Assembly (NCBI GenBank): GCA_965112735.1
Contig: OZ218960.1
Location: forward strand, 1,860,001 to 1,924,000
DNA length: 64,000 bases
Origin: Phaeosaccion multiseriatum
Lineage: Eukaryota; Protista; Ochrophyta, other classes
Direction of reading: 5' to 3'
The translations under genes were made by a program, and so were the position numbers. Positions 39,248 through 52,520 of the stretch are shown in pieces (within the stretch, counting starts at the first letter, position 1; every line of letters starts with the position of its first letter). Below the pieces are notes generated by a model. That model was not told the DNA's origin, did no database searches, and saw only the letters and a list, made by a program, of their open reading frames with translations.

Positions 39248-42200
39248 TCACCTCCAGTGATTCTTGCGGGCCACAATGTGTTGATTCACTTCCCGCAGCA
39301 CCGCATTGCAGCACCGCGTCGCCAGACGGAAAATGGGGATGCGGGGAGCGAGGTACAGCACTGGAGGAGCCTTCTCCTCATGCTCCTGCTGCTGCATCAC
39401 CAACTGCTCCTGCTCCTGCTGCTGGTGCTGCTGCTGTTGATGCTTTCTTCTTCCTCCTGCTGCTGGTGCTAGATTAGACGCCTCCTGCGATATCGAAGAG
39501 GTCGATATCGATACCTCAGATCGACATGCTAAAGTGGGGGTGGTGCGTCCCGACACCTCTGACTCGAGGCAGGATTTGCGCTTGCTGTCCAGGGGCTTGC
39601 TGTAGCCACTGCACGTTGCTTGAATGATGCACTGAGACCGACAGGGAGGAGACAAGAGGAGAGAGAGAGAGAGAAAGAGAAAGAGAGTCCAAGAGTGAAA
39701 TGGTAGCAAAACAGGGAGCCGAAAGAGGATTGGAAGAGAGTTGAGCACCTCCTTCACTCGCCCACTGACTTCCTCCCTCCCTCCCTACTTAACCCCCACC
39801 TTTCCCTCGCTCCTATTCCTTCCCCCCTTCCCCCTCTCTCCTCTCTCTTCCCCCACCCCCCTCCCCTCCCTCCCTCCCTCCCTCCCTCCCTTACCGAGGG
39901 GAAGCAGAGCGCGAACATGGCCAGCCCTGCGTAGGTGGAGCAGAAGAAGGATACGAGTGCGACAGGGGTGCCGAAGCCCAAGAAGTAGGGCCAGTGTGTC
40001 TCGATGAACGTCAGGCGGGAGGGAAGGTCCACTCCCTCCATAGACTGAAGGAGGGAGGGAGGGAAGGAAAGGGGGAGGGAGGGAGAGAAGGAAAGGGGGG
40101 GGGGGAGGGAGGGAAGGAGGGAGGAAGGGGGCGGGGGTGGTTTTGGGTCGATTTAAGTCATTTAGCTGATCCACTCACAGAGAGTGACAGGAAGGAAGGA
40201 TCAGAGTCTTTATGAGAGGCCTTGTGGCCTGCATTCCTTTCGATCTGCTTCACTGCCTCACTGACTGACTAACTGACTGACTGACTGTCTGGCTGCCTAC
40301 CTGCATCACTCACTGACTGACTGACTACCCGAGAGACTGACTCACCCACACATACTCGAAGCTGTACAGCGCGTTAATCCAGCACACCAGTACGAAGGAC
40401 AGGAACGACCCCACCACGGGTATCGTCAGGTGCGTCAGGCTTGTCTATGGTGGGGGGGCATACACATCGAGGGGGAGAAGAAGAAGAAGAAGAAGAAGAA
40501 GAAGAAGAAGAAGAAGAAGAAGAAGAAGAAGAAGAAGAAGAAGAAGAAGAAGAAGAAGAAGAAGAAGAAGAAGAAGAAGAAGAAGAAGAAGAAGAAGAAG
40601 GAGGAGGAGGGGGAGGAGGAGGAGGAGGAGGAGGAAATGAGGAGGAGGAGGAGGAGGAGGAGGAGGAGGAGGAGGAAATGAGGAGGAGGAGGGAATGAGG
40701 AGGAGGAGGGAATGAGGAGGAGGAGGAAATGAGGAGGAGGAGGAAATGAGGAGGAGGAGGAAATGAGGAGGCAGGAGGAGGGGGCAGGAGGAGGATGCAG
40801 GAGGAGGAGGCGGCGGGAGGCGGAGGAGGCAGGAGGTGGATGGATTAGGGCAACCGTAGGCGACTCGGGCGGTGCCAGCGAGCACCACATTGCTGTACAC
40901 GCAGCGCCAAGAGCAAGTGCTTGGCCACATGAAAGCAACCCCCCCCCCCACTCTCTCGCTCTCTCGTTCTCTCTCGCTCGCGCGCGCTCTCTCTTTCCCT
41001 CTCCACCTACCCACCCACCCACTCACCTACCCACCCACCCACTCACCTACCCACCCAATCACCTACCCACCCACCCACCCACTTACCCACCCACTCACCC
41101 ACCTACCCACCCACCCACTCACCCACCCACCCACTCACCCACCTACCCACCCACTCACCTACCCACCCACCCACTCACCCACCTACCCACCCACCCACTC
41201 ACCTACCCACTCACCTGTATGACTAGGAAAACGACGAAGATGGCTCGATAGACCCCCTCCGAGAGACTGACACAGAAATCAGAGGAAGCCCTTTGAGGGT
41301 GAGGGCGAGGTCCCTGCCCTCCTTGCCCTCCGTGCTGCAGCTCGTAGGCAGCGGCGGCGATCTTTGAGTACCAAATTGTGTTCATGACCACGCTGAAGAG
41401 GTACAGGGGCACTATCCAAAACACCTGCAGGCGGGGAAGGAGGGAGGGAGAAGGGAGGGACGGAGGGACGGAAGGAAGGGGGTGGGTGGGTCGCTCCTCT
41501 ACTGTGTACAAGTCGCCGTCTCCCCTTCTCCTCACCTCTTCCCTCCCTCACCTCCCTGTCTCGCATCTTTTCTCCCTCACCTGATAGAAGAGGAAAACCA
41601 ATCGATACACGACATAGTGCAGAGGCCCAAAGCCTTCCCCCCCTCCTCCTCCTCCTCCTCCTCCTCCTCCTCCTCCGCCCACTCCAGCACTAGGCACAGC
41701 AGAAGACCCTCTCCCCGCCCCCTCACCGCCACCGCTACTACCGCTGCTGCTGCTCCACTGCTGTTGCTGTTGGTAGGCGGTGTAGCGGAGAAGTAACGCC
41801 CCGAATCTGTGCAGGAGCGGCATGAGGCATCGGTCCAAGAGGAGCAGACTGCCCAGGAACAGCACGCCATTCAACAGGATACATCTACCACCCACACAAG
41901 CGATAGATCAGATGGGCAATCAATCAGCAAATCAGGAGAAATAGGGGCAAGGGGAAAGTGCTTGAGTGAGTGGTTTCAACCACACAACACGCTTTTCGTT
42001 CTTTCGGATGGATCCGTCAAGGCTGACTGTTCCTCTGTCCTACATTCCCTGCTCCACACGGCAGCGGTTGCTACGGCTGATCCTCATCCTCTTCCTATTC
42101 TTCTCCTTCTGCACCGGCTCTACAGTCGACTCTCTTCCGACTGCTCCTACTCACTCTCTGCCTCTTCTCGCCTCCTCCCTCATCCACCCCCAAGCCCACC

Positions 42201-42423
42201 GCCCCGGAACACCGCTCCTCCTATACTGCCAAACTTCTTCCGACCCCATTTCGACCCTCCTCCTCGTGGTCCTTCTCTACCACCTGCCTCACCGTGTGGT
42301 GGCCTTCCTGATGACCTTGCTGCTACACATGTAAAAGACTGTCCAGTAGGGGTTCAGCGCATCTGCCAAGCCGCGGAGGAAGAGCAGAGCAGAGTCCCTC
42401 ATCACATGCGGCACTGGCGCCAT
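39248..42423 (-). CDS. EI24: Etoposide-induced protein 24 (EI24) homolog
   Basis: LRGLADAL..|CILLNGVLFLGS..|VFWIVPLYLFSVVMNTIWYSKIA|..WINALYSFE|RLTFIETHWPYFLGFGTP..FALCFP|CIIQA..RIPIF. Confidence 0.9.
40477..40775. repeat. (GAA)n-(GGA)n microsatellite in an EI24 intron
   Basis: About 40 GAA units followed by GAG/GGA runs. Confidence 0.95.
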
Positions 42424-42962
42424 TATCCACTCGTAGACACGCGCCAGTGATGGTCTTCGTTTCCTGCTGCGTACTTCACCCAGGTGCTTGAACTGCTTCG
42501 CGAGAGTACTTCCGCCTGCTGCCAATGGTCATCACACGATATTATCAGAGAACATCTTCGCCTGCGTGTGTCAGCTCCTGTACTCGCTGGATAGGACGGT
42601 CTGCCTGCTGGCGAGGGAGACGGACGCCCTCGTCCCTATTGAACGAGCGTCCTTTCTCCTCCAAATCGACCTCTTTCCGCCGCGTTGAAGCTTCCTCTCT
42701 TGCTCCTGCACAAACAACACTCTCTTAACAGACCCAATCACGGGGTGTGCTCTTTAGCCGAGGGTTCTTGCGATCAAAGAGAGAGATGAGAGATGCGGGA
42801 GCGCGAAAATCACAGGACGAATAACCAACACGAGAAGATCGAATATCGATACTCGATAATCGAATTCAAATCCACCCCCCCCCCCTTTTGGAACGACTTG
42901 TGTGATTGTGTAAGGCGTACATTTACAGTTTATCCAATAGTGAAGAAAAAAAAACGGGACGA

Positions 42963-45793
42963 TCAATAAGCGGTGGCTTTCTCGGGGTTCTTGATGAGCT
43001 CATTGATGGTGTTGGTGACGGATTTGCAGTCCTCTCGGAGCGTTTCAAAGTCAATCTCTCTGCCCCGAGTCTCTACAAACTCCCTCAGCTGGAACATGTT
43101 CACTTCATGGGACCGAAGCTTCTGTTCCTGCCCGTCCAGGATCTTGTGCGTCTCGCTGGAGGAAAGCTGCAGGGGGATGGAGGGAGGGAGGCAGGGAGTC
43201 AGGGAGGGAGGGAGGGAGGGAGGGAGGGAGGGAGGGAGGGATGGAGGGAGGGAGGGCGGGTGGAGATAATTTGTGGTCGAGGGGAGTTGAGGAGGATGAG
43301 GAGGAGGCGGAGGAGGAAGAGCAGCAACAGGAGGAGGAAGAGGAGAAGGCGGTGGGTAATCGGCAGAACCAAACGACCAAAGCAGACAGGGAATGAGCCA
43401 CTCAAGTTGAAAGTCAAATTACAAAGCCAAAATGAAAGCTAAACTGAATGTGCCTCCTCACCTCCTTCTTGAGGGATTCGTATTTGGAGCTGAGCTGCTG
43501 CACCTGGACCTTGATGGTGTCCTTGCGTTTCACGTATCTGGGGGGGGGGGGGGAGGGGAGAGGGAGAGCAGAGGAGAGAGAGGGAGAGGGAGAGAGGAGG
43601 CAGAGAGAGTGGGAGGGGGGGGGGGGACGAGGGAGGGGAGGGGGAGAACGGAGAGAGGGAGTGAGAGAACGGAAGAAGGGAGAAGGGACGGAGAAGAGAG
43701 AAGAAGAAGAGAGCGAGAGGGAGAAGAGAGAGAATGGAGCGTTACTGAGCGGCCGTGAAGCTCTCTCTCTCTCTCTCTCTTCACATTGTATGTGTGGAGG
43801 CTCGTCGCCGAGAACGCTCATTCTGCCTAAGTGTTAAGTGTGAATCGGTATCATGAGAGAGAAACCAAGCAAGGCAAGGATAGCTGGCCCAAAGCCGGCC
43901 CTAAGGATAGGCAGCCTACTACTGACCTTGATCTCAGCTTGGTGAGGTAGTCTTTGGTTTCCTCTGCTCGCTTTCGAAGCCCCTCCAAGTCTTCGAATTC
44001 GTCCATCTCTGACCGCATGCGCCGAGTCTGAGAATGCATAGAGGAGGTGACATGACATGTCACACAATCGACAGAGGCAACGAATGCACAAACAGACACA
44101 CACACACATATATATATATATATGCATACACGCACATACACGCGCACACCCACGCACATACGCAGGGACGAACAGAAAGAGCATGGAGTGAGGGAGGCAG
44201 CTAAACGGGAGGAAGGGAGGCGGCTAAACGGGAGGAAGAGAGGCAGGTTGGTGTGTGTATTGTGTGTGCGTCTGTACATGTGCATATATGTATGCGTTGT
44301 GTATGTATGCGTGTGTACGTGTCTGTGTTATGTGTGTTCTGTGTGTGGCTGTGTGCCTAAGCGATACCCTCAACTGTACCCGAAGTGTTACCCTAACCTA
44401 CCTTCTCCACTAGGGCCTCCAGCTCCTTGGGGATCTTCTCGTCGAGCGTCGTCAGCTTGGCCATCTCCTGCTCCCTCTTCTCCTTCTCCTGGTGCAAACG
44501 CTTCATCGTCATCTCACTGATACAGCAGTTGGTGATTCAGCAGCAGCATTGGGGGGGGGGGGGGGGTAGGACAGACGGGGTGGGTTGGGGTGGGAGGAGG
44601 AAGGAGGAAGCAGGCGTGTTGAACCGAGCTGAGCGGCAAGTCAAGTTCGACATGGAACCAGTATCGATGTCTCTGTGCCTAATTCCAAGTAGCATGCAGC
44701 AGTCAGTCAGCCAGTCAGTGAGTCAGTGAGTCAGTGAGTCAGTCAGTCAGCCAGTCAGTCAGTCAGTCAGTCAGTCAGTCAGTCAGTGAGTCAGTGAGTC
44801 AGTCAGTCAGCCAGTCAGTCAGTCAGTCAATCAGTCAGTGTTGCTTGCCCTCTCCTGCTCTCATGCCCATAGACGCCCTTCCCCTTCCTCTGCTCCCAGC
44901 TCTTCCTCCCTCCCTCTCCCCCTCCTCTCCCCCTCCTCTCCCCGTCATTGACCTGCTCTTGAGTTGTTTGTCCTTGAAAGAGGCCTCGTCTTGCAGCTCG
45001 AGAAGCTTCTCCTCCCCCTCGGGGATGTTATGCCGGGCCTCCAGACCCTGTTTCAGCACGCACACACACACACGCACGCACACACGCACGCACACACGCA
45101 CGCACACATAGAGAGAGAGGGAGTGAGAGAGGGAGATAAATAAGTCATAAGGAGAGAGAGATGGATCAGAAGCAACGCAGCCGCAGCAGCAGCCGCAGCA
45201 GCAGCCGCAGCAGCAGCAGCAGCGTCACAAATAATGTACCCTACAACAGGGGGGCGGGGGGGGGGGAGGAAGGGGGGAAAGAGACTCGTACCGCCACTAC
45301 TCTGCTCCGCAAATATACCAACAATAGAAACTGTAAATGTACAACAGAAACTGAAACTGTACCTGAGCAATGTGCTCCATGAGGCGCACAATGGTGTCCT
45401 GGGCCCTCTTCTGGTCAGCGATCACGCTCTGCCTCGTCTCGTCGAACTTGGACAGGAAGAGGGTCATCTCCTCATCCCTCTTCTGCAGCAACTCGACCTT
45501 GGAGGGGTCGATGTCACCGCGCTTTCCACTCTGTGGGTGGGAACAGGGAGAGAGACAGGATGGGCATAGAATAAATAGTAAGACAAAGGGAGAATTGGAG
45601 GTAGGCTGGGTCGTTGGTTGGTTCATTGATTGATTGCCATGACGGCATTGATTGAGCTTAAGCGAGTGGGTATGTTAGATGATGGGAGACTGAGCAGAAC
45701 CACAGCCAACAGAGGCAGCAGCAGGGGCAGAACAAGTAGCACCAAGCCCCCAATTGATTCTCTCCCCCCCCCTCCACCCATGCTTGTCCAACC

Positions 45794-45834
<41 letters not shown>

Positions 45835-48800
45835 GTATCAGTGACTAACCTTCAAAGAACTCTCCATGTCGGCGATGGTCTTGGTCATCCGTGTGAGGTC
45901 TTCCTTTGTCTCCTCCAATCGCCCGTCAAGGACGTTGCTGCGTGTTTGATTGCTCTTGACCTTGGCCAGCAGAGAGTCCTTAGCAGACTGAAAGAGAGGG
46001 AGAGGAGACGGGGGGAGGTGGGGGAGGGAGGGGGGGGGGGAGAGGTAGAGATAGATGGGGGGGAGGGGGTAAGGGAGGGAGAGAGAGGGAGAGAGAGAGA
46101 AGAGAGAGGGTCAGAGAGAGAGAGAGAGAGGGAAGGAGAAGATAGCCTCTGTTCATCTGCTACCAAGGCAGGTACTTTGGGGGGTCCATGTACCTTTGGG
46201 GTCCATGTGCATCATATTGAGGTCTTTAAGCCCTTAACTTATCTTCCCACCCACCCACCCATCGCCATCCGCCCGCTCATTTACTGCCATCTGTCCACCC
46301 ATCTGCCCACCCATCTGCTACCATCTCACCTTGGGGTCCATTTGCATCATGTTGAGTTCTTCAAGCACGCCCTCTCTCTCCTTGCGCAGCTTGGCCACCT
46401 TCCTCTCGCTGTCCGAGTAGGCGTCTCGGAGGGAGGAGTCCTGCAACGCGTGTTCGTGCTCTCGCACAGAGGCGGACACTTTGTCCACTGCCTCCTGTTG
46501 TTGGTTGGTTGGTTGGTTGGGTTGTTCGTTACGTGTGGCAGTTGGTGGTACGGCAGTAATATATATAGGAGAGGACAAAGGGTCAGAGAGCGGGTCCAGG
46601 GGGTCAGGGGGTGGGTAGGTGCATGAGTGGGTGGAGCTACGGATGGACAGATCATCGCAATATCGACAAGGAGAGGAAAGGGGCAGATAGACAGAGAGGA
46701 AGAGCAAGCCTTCCCACAACGACTTCATGCTAGAGAATACAGGGGTGACAAAAGGAGGAAACACCACAGACCACGCGGTCAGGCAGGCGGACTGAATAAC
46801 TGATTGACAGATAGACTCAGTGACTAACTGACTGATTGACAATTGACTGACAACTTCCTGACAACTCACGGGACCAACTGGCTACTGGCTGTGACAAACT
46901 TACGGACTGACCGAACTTGACTGACGTAACGGGTCGACACCAAATATGGCCCACTGACTGACCCACGATCCCCTCGTCCTGACCACTGTACCGCTGTAAC
47001 CACTGTACCACCAACGTGCTCACCTGCTTGGCGTGCAGCTCCTGCGTGAGCTCGTGGCTCTTTGCGAGAAGGTCCCTGTACTGCTGCACTCTTTGCGGGT
47101 CAAGCATACCGATCTGCTCCTCCAGTTGCCTGCACAGGTGTGTGGGGTGTGAGGTGCCAGGTGTCAGGTGTCAGGTGTCAGGTGTCAGGTGTTAATTCCC
47201 CCCCCCCCCTCCTCTTCCCGCTCTCTCTCTCTCCGTTTCTCTGTCTCCACGTACGGCTCGTTTGCTCACTCGCTCACCTGTGCAGCCTGTCTATTGCCGC
47301 CTCCTCGTCCTTCCTGGACTGCTCCCGCTGCTGCTTGACCAAGAAGATGTTGTCCAGCACCTGTATGTATAGCGGGTATATCGAAATATCAAGTCGAGTA
47401 TCGAGACATTATGGCGAGTGCGTGTTCGGGGTCAGTCATCGAGCGTCATGATACGAAACCAACTCGACCAACTAGACCCACTACATCCTCGCCCCCAATA
47501 AGACCCACGATACCCCTCCAAACCAGACCCACTATACCTCCACCAACTAGACCCCAAACTAGAGCCCCAACTCGATCCACGACCCCCCAACTAGACCCCC
47601 AACTCGATCCACGACAACCCCCCAACTTGACACCCAACTCTACTCACCTGCGCTGCCCTCCTGTTGCGGTCCTCGAGCTCATGTAGATAGGCTCCCACCT
47701 CCTCGGGGTCTGCAGTGGTGCGTGCTTTGTCCATAGCGAGGTTGTAATCCGCCAGGGTGCCCTCCAGACCCTTAACCTAAGGTAGGGTGGGATGGGGTAG
47801 GGTAGGGTAGGGTGGGGTAGGTTAGGGTAGGGTAGGGTAGGGTAGGGTATAGGGTAGGGTAGGGTAGGGTAGAGAAGGGTAGGGTAGGTAAGGGTAGGGT
47901 AGGGTAGGGTAGGGTATAGGGTAGGGTAGGGTAGGGTAGGGTAGGGTAGGGTAGGGTTGGGTAGGGTAGGGTAGGGTAGGGTAGAGTAGAGTAGGGTAGG
48001 GTAGAGTAGGGTAGGGTAGGTAAGGGTAGGGTAGGGTAGGGTAGGGTATAGGGTAGGGTAGGGTAGGGTAGGGTAGGGTAGGGTAGGGTAAGGTAGGGTA
48101 GGGTAGGGCGGGGTAGGGTAGGGTAGGGTAGGGTAGGGTAGGGCGGGGTAGGGTAGGGTAGGGTAGGGTAGGGTAGGGTAGAGTAGAGTAGGGTAGGGTA
48201 GGGTAGGGTAGGGCAGAGTAGAGTAGAGTAGGGCAGGGCGGGATGGGGTGGGGTAGGATACGGGTAGGGTAGAGAAGGGTGAGGTAACCAGCACCAGTAC
48301 CAGCAGTGGACAGCACCGCAGAGCAAGGATGCTGAGCCTTGGCTGGGTCAAGGGCCAAGCAGTCGACGCTTCGACGGGTGCCAGGGTGGGGTGGGGGAGT
48401 AGGGAAGGGGGGTCGGGGCGGTAGAAGACGCCCACGGCAATTCGATTCGCACTTGTGGCTCATTCAATCATGGACTGGCGGTTAGAGAGACTTACTTCCT
48501 TGAGGAGGCTCTCATACCGGCGCTCCAGGCCTCCATATTGGCTGTTGTCGGTGTTGTGTTGGTCCATCTCCGTACGTAGCCTGACGTACACAACACATGC
48601 ATGCATGTATCCCCCCGTTAAAAAGAGAAGAGGTGAGTGGCGGCAATCAACCGATCAATCGATCAGTTCGTCAACCAGCCAATCAATTCATCCATCAATC
48701 AAAAGGGGTATTTGTGGATAGATTCAAGTCATCGCTCTCAGAGCCGCATTCCCCAGAAAGCGAAAGCAGAGAGAATACGCAAAAGAGTGTATCGTCAACA

Positions 48801-49800
48801 GCAAACCCGCACACACGCACCGCTGGAGCTCCTTCTGAATATCGTTAATCTTCGTCCGTAGCGCACCGAGGTAGTAGCTCCCATCCGCCACCAGCCGGCC
48901 CGGCCCGCTGCTGCCTGCCGATGTTCGCATGCCAGACATACCCTGCTGTGTCACGGGTCTGTCTGAGATCTGCGGGCAGAGGAGGACACGCACGGCCACA
49001 GAGGTACAGGGGGGTACAGATTAGGGGCCGGGGGGGAGGGTGGACAGGTGGAGGGGCGAGCAAAGGCCTGAAGGGGTGCGACCACGATCGGATCGGCAGA
49101 AAGCAGCAGCCTCTGCTGTGCGTTTCTTCTTGCCCCTTTTCCTCTCACTCCCTCCTCGCTTGTATAATTTATGCACCCTTTGGTGCCATCCTCGCTAGTC
49201 TTTCTCCTTCGCCTGTCCTCCGATGCCCCTCACTCCCCCTCCGCGCTTGCCTCTCTCCGTTGCCTGTCTTCTCATCCCCCCGTCTTCCACAGCCACGCTC
49301 TCCTGCCGCTTCTCTTACCTTGACCTCCTGTGCAAGGGCCATGCCCACGGCTGCCTCTCTGCTGGCCGTGCTAGGGACAACACCTGTCCTCATTCCAGAC
49401 ATTGGTCTTCGCGCAATCGGAGGGGTGCACGGGTGGGGTGTATAGATGGGTCATGAGGTTAGTTATCTTGGTGTTGGTACACGGGTGTGTCCACACATAA
49501 GCTCTGCTCTGCCCGCGGGGAAGGAGGGGAGAGTGAGTACTCCCTGTGGCAGACGATCCTACGGTGCGTCTCAAGGGAACAAGAGCGAAGCAACCGAGAG
49601 AGACACATGCAAGAAATCGGGAGAGGTAGAGGGGAAGCCTCCACGCTGGTGTAGCTGCTGCCTCTACTCCTTTTGCTTTTCTTTCTCTTCCTTCCTATCT
49701 TTGCTCACCTCCCCGCCGCCGTGCCCATTCTCGCCCCTGAGGTGCCCAGCCGCATTCCTGTCCCCGGCGGAGCGAACGCGGACCTGCTTGCTGGCCTCAT
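42963..49800 (-). CDS. IFT74: Intraflagellar transport protein 74
   Basis: MRPASRSAFAPPGTGMRLGT.., ISDRPVTQQGMSGM, RLVADGSYYLGALR, LEGTLADYNLAMDK, LLQKRDEEMTLFL, LQDEASFKDKQL, EQKLRSHEVNMFQLREFVE. About 15 exons, stop at 42963. Confidence 0.93.
47455..47645. repeat. Degenerate CCAACTAGACCC minisatellite, IFT74 intron
   Basis: Repeated ccaactagaccc/ccaactcgatcc units. Confidence 0.75.
47781..48275. repeat. (GGGTA)n pentamer array, IFT74 intron
   Basis: About 500 bp of TAGGG units. The same unit appears as (CCCTA)n at ~9150-9250. Confidence 0.95.
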
Positions 49801-50157
49801 GGTGCTGCTGTCCGAAGGTGTCTAGCACCCTGCTTCTCCCTGGTGCTGCTCCCGTCTCCCACTGATCTGTTACCGGCGTTCTTCAGGCGTGCTGCACCCC
49901 TCTCTCCTCTCCCCCGAGTAAAACTCCTCCCTATCCTCAACAGTCTCTCATCCTCGATTCTCTCCGACGAATCCTTTCCCTTCTTGCTGCTCTGCTGCGT
50001 CCTCCTGTCCTTGATAAAATGTGCTGCGTCGGGGCACCGTAACGTGTGAAGATCCCAGTTTGAGTTTTAGGTTGAAAAAGGGGGGGGGCGGGGGGGGCTT
50101 TCTGACTTCATCCGCCTAATCAGTCCAGTCTCAGGCATAGAGCGCGCAAAAGGCCTC

Positions 50158-51135
50158 ATGGCCAAGGCAAAGAACAATCTGGACGCGACGGCAGCGGCCT
50201 TTGTGCCCGGAGGCGGGGGCGGCTCAAGCGGTGGGGCCTCTCTGCCCCCTCCTCCCTCCGATCGGGGAGGTGTGCGACAACACCAGGCGCCACAGCAGCT
50301 GAGTGCTAGGACAAAGGACACGAGACATCAGCAGCAGCAGCAGCATCACCAGCATCACCAGCAGCAGCAGCAGCAGCAGCACTTGAAGACCAACATGTCG
50401 TCCAAAAAGGCCGTACCTCGGGGCGCAAGAAAAGCGAATCACCTCCTCAACTTCCAATCTTACGAGCCGCGTGAGGTGTCCGCTGAGACGGACGAGGACT
50501 TAGGAGGTGGTGGAGGAGGAAGAGGGAGAAGCGGTGGGGGGGACGGGCGGGAGGAGGCGAAGGATTGGCGGTAACTTGATGGGTGGCAGCAGCTACAGCG
50601 GGATGCGTGGAAAGGATCAGTACTTGATGGCGAACTTTCGCTTCATTCTGCACCCCACCGCCGATCGATCACAGGAGAGCTTCTACGACAGCGATGCCAT
50701 CGTTGAATGGTAGGTAGTGCAATGCTGCTGCAACCGTTCCTTAAGGGGTGGGAAAGATGGGTGGCATTGGAATCTAATTTTCCGCGCCCCCCTCTCAGCG
50801 ACTGGAAGAACTTGTATGCATACTGTTGTGACGCTGACGCCCCTTCCTTTTTCTCCTATCCACCTCAAAGGGACGACATTGAGACTGTACGGCTTGAGCT
50901 GGGCTACAAGGCCTCAGCGGACGAGGACAGCGCAGCTTGGCGGTGCCCCGTGTGCCTCGAGGCTCCTCAGATACCTCGGATCACTCGATGCGGCCACGTG
51001 TACTGCTATGTGTGCATCCTTAGGTTAGGAGGAAAGGAGGGAGGGAGGGGTGGATGGATGAAGGAAGAGATGGAAGTGATGGGATGAAGAATGTGACGCT
51101 TCTGCTGCTTGACTGCATGCATCCCTTCGACGTGG

Positions 51136-51171
<36 letters not shown>

Positions 51172-51834
51172 CACTTGAACGGGGAGGGGGCGAGACGCTG
51201 CCCCTGTTGCTTCGAAATGGTCACCAGGCAGGGTCTCAGGAGAGTTGTCGGCAACTGGGTGAAGCTGCCCGGGTTAGGAGGAGGGGAGGGGGGCCAAGCC
51301 AGAGGGCAGGGGAAGGGAAAGGATGACAAGCAACAGCAGCAACAGCAGCAACAGCAGCAGCAGGGGAAGGGGAAGGAGGAGGAGGAGGAAGAGGAGGAGG
51401 AGGAGGAGGAAGAAGAAGCGGAGGAGGAGGAGGAAGAGGAAGAGGAGGAAGAGTCGGGCGGAGGCGGAGGCGGAGGAGCGAGTGACAGCTCTGGTTTTGC
51501 TGGATTTGCGCTCATGACGAGGTACAGGGGGGTCATTGTTCCGGAGATGGTAGAGAGGGGGAGGGAGCGGCCGGAGGATGTGACGGGGGCAGAGGATGGT
51601 TTTGCTTCCTGCCCCGTGGAGGGACACCGCCTGGAGCCCTTTTCACGGCTGTGTTTGGCCACACCAGAGGCGCAACGGCAGCGTCTGGAGAGGGAGGAGG
51701 GAGAGCTTTCGAGCTTTAGGGAGAACTGTTTGAGCGAAGGGGACACAGAGTGGATTCCTTTCGCCTCGGAAGCCAGAGAGCTGCTGGGGAAGGAGCGGCA
51801 GAGAGTAGTGGAGCAGCTGGTGATGCATCAGCAG

Positions 51835-51876
<42 letters not shown>

Positions 51877-52466
51877 AAAGTAGGACGGCATCCAGGAGCG
51901 GGCGAGCTGAAGGCAGCATGTGTCGCTAGTGGCGCACATGTCGGGAAGGGGGAAGGTGAAAGTCAGGGGGAAGATAGAGAGTTGCCTTCATCAGCTACAG
52001 CAGTTGGTGGTCCAGCAGCAGCAGCAGCGGCAGCGGCAGGGAAGAGAGACCGATCACGTTCCATTTCTTCATCGGCTTCGGCAGAGGGCGGAGGAGGAGG
52101 AGGAGGAGGAGGAGGAGGAGGAGGAGGGGCTCTACAACAGGAGTACCTCTTCTATCAGTGGGGAGACGGACAGAGAGTGTTTCTGCACCCGGTAAGTAAG
52201 CGCCGACTCATAAGTGTGGAAGGGTTAAGACAAAGCGCGCTCTGTGTGGTTTTGTGTGCGCGTGTGTGTATGTGATGTGTGCGTGGGTGTTGAGGTGGGG
52301 GTACAAGGGTGTGAGAAGGAGCAGTGCAGAAGCGCGAACTGTGCCTTCTCCTGCGTGTGTGCGTGCGTGCATCCGTGCGTGCGTGGATGTTTGTTGCATA
52401 ACTTCCTCCTCATCTGTGCATCTGCCTCTGTGGCATGCTCCGCCACCCCCCCCTCCCCGCACAAAC

Positions 52467-52520
<54 letters not shown>

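Noticed and set aside
47781-48275. Interstitial telomere
   Set aside because: The unit is TAGGG, not TTAGGG or TTTAGGG. It is intronic and recurs in another intron as an ordinary SSR.
47644-48463. PYPTL-repeat ORFs
   Set aside because: Translation of the intronic (CCCTA)n array.
18536-49800. Ciliary gene cluster (TMEM218, MORN2, IFT74)
   Set aside because: The genes are separated by unrelated genes, and three in ~20 is plausible by chance in a flagellate.
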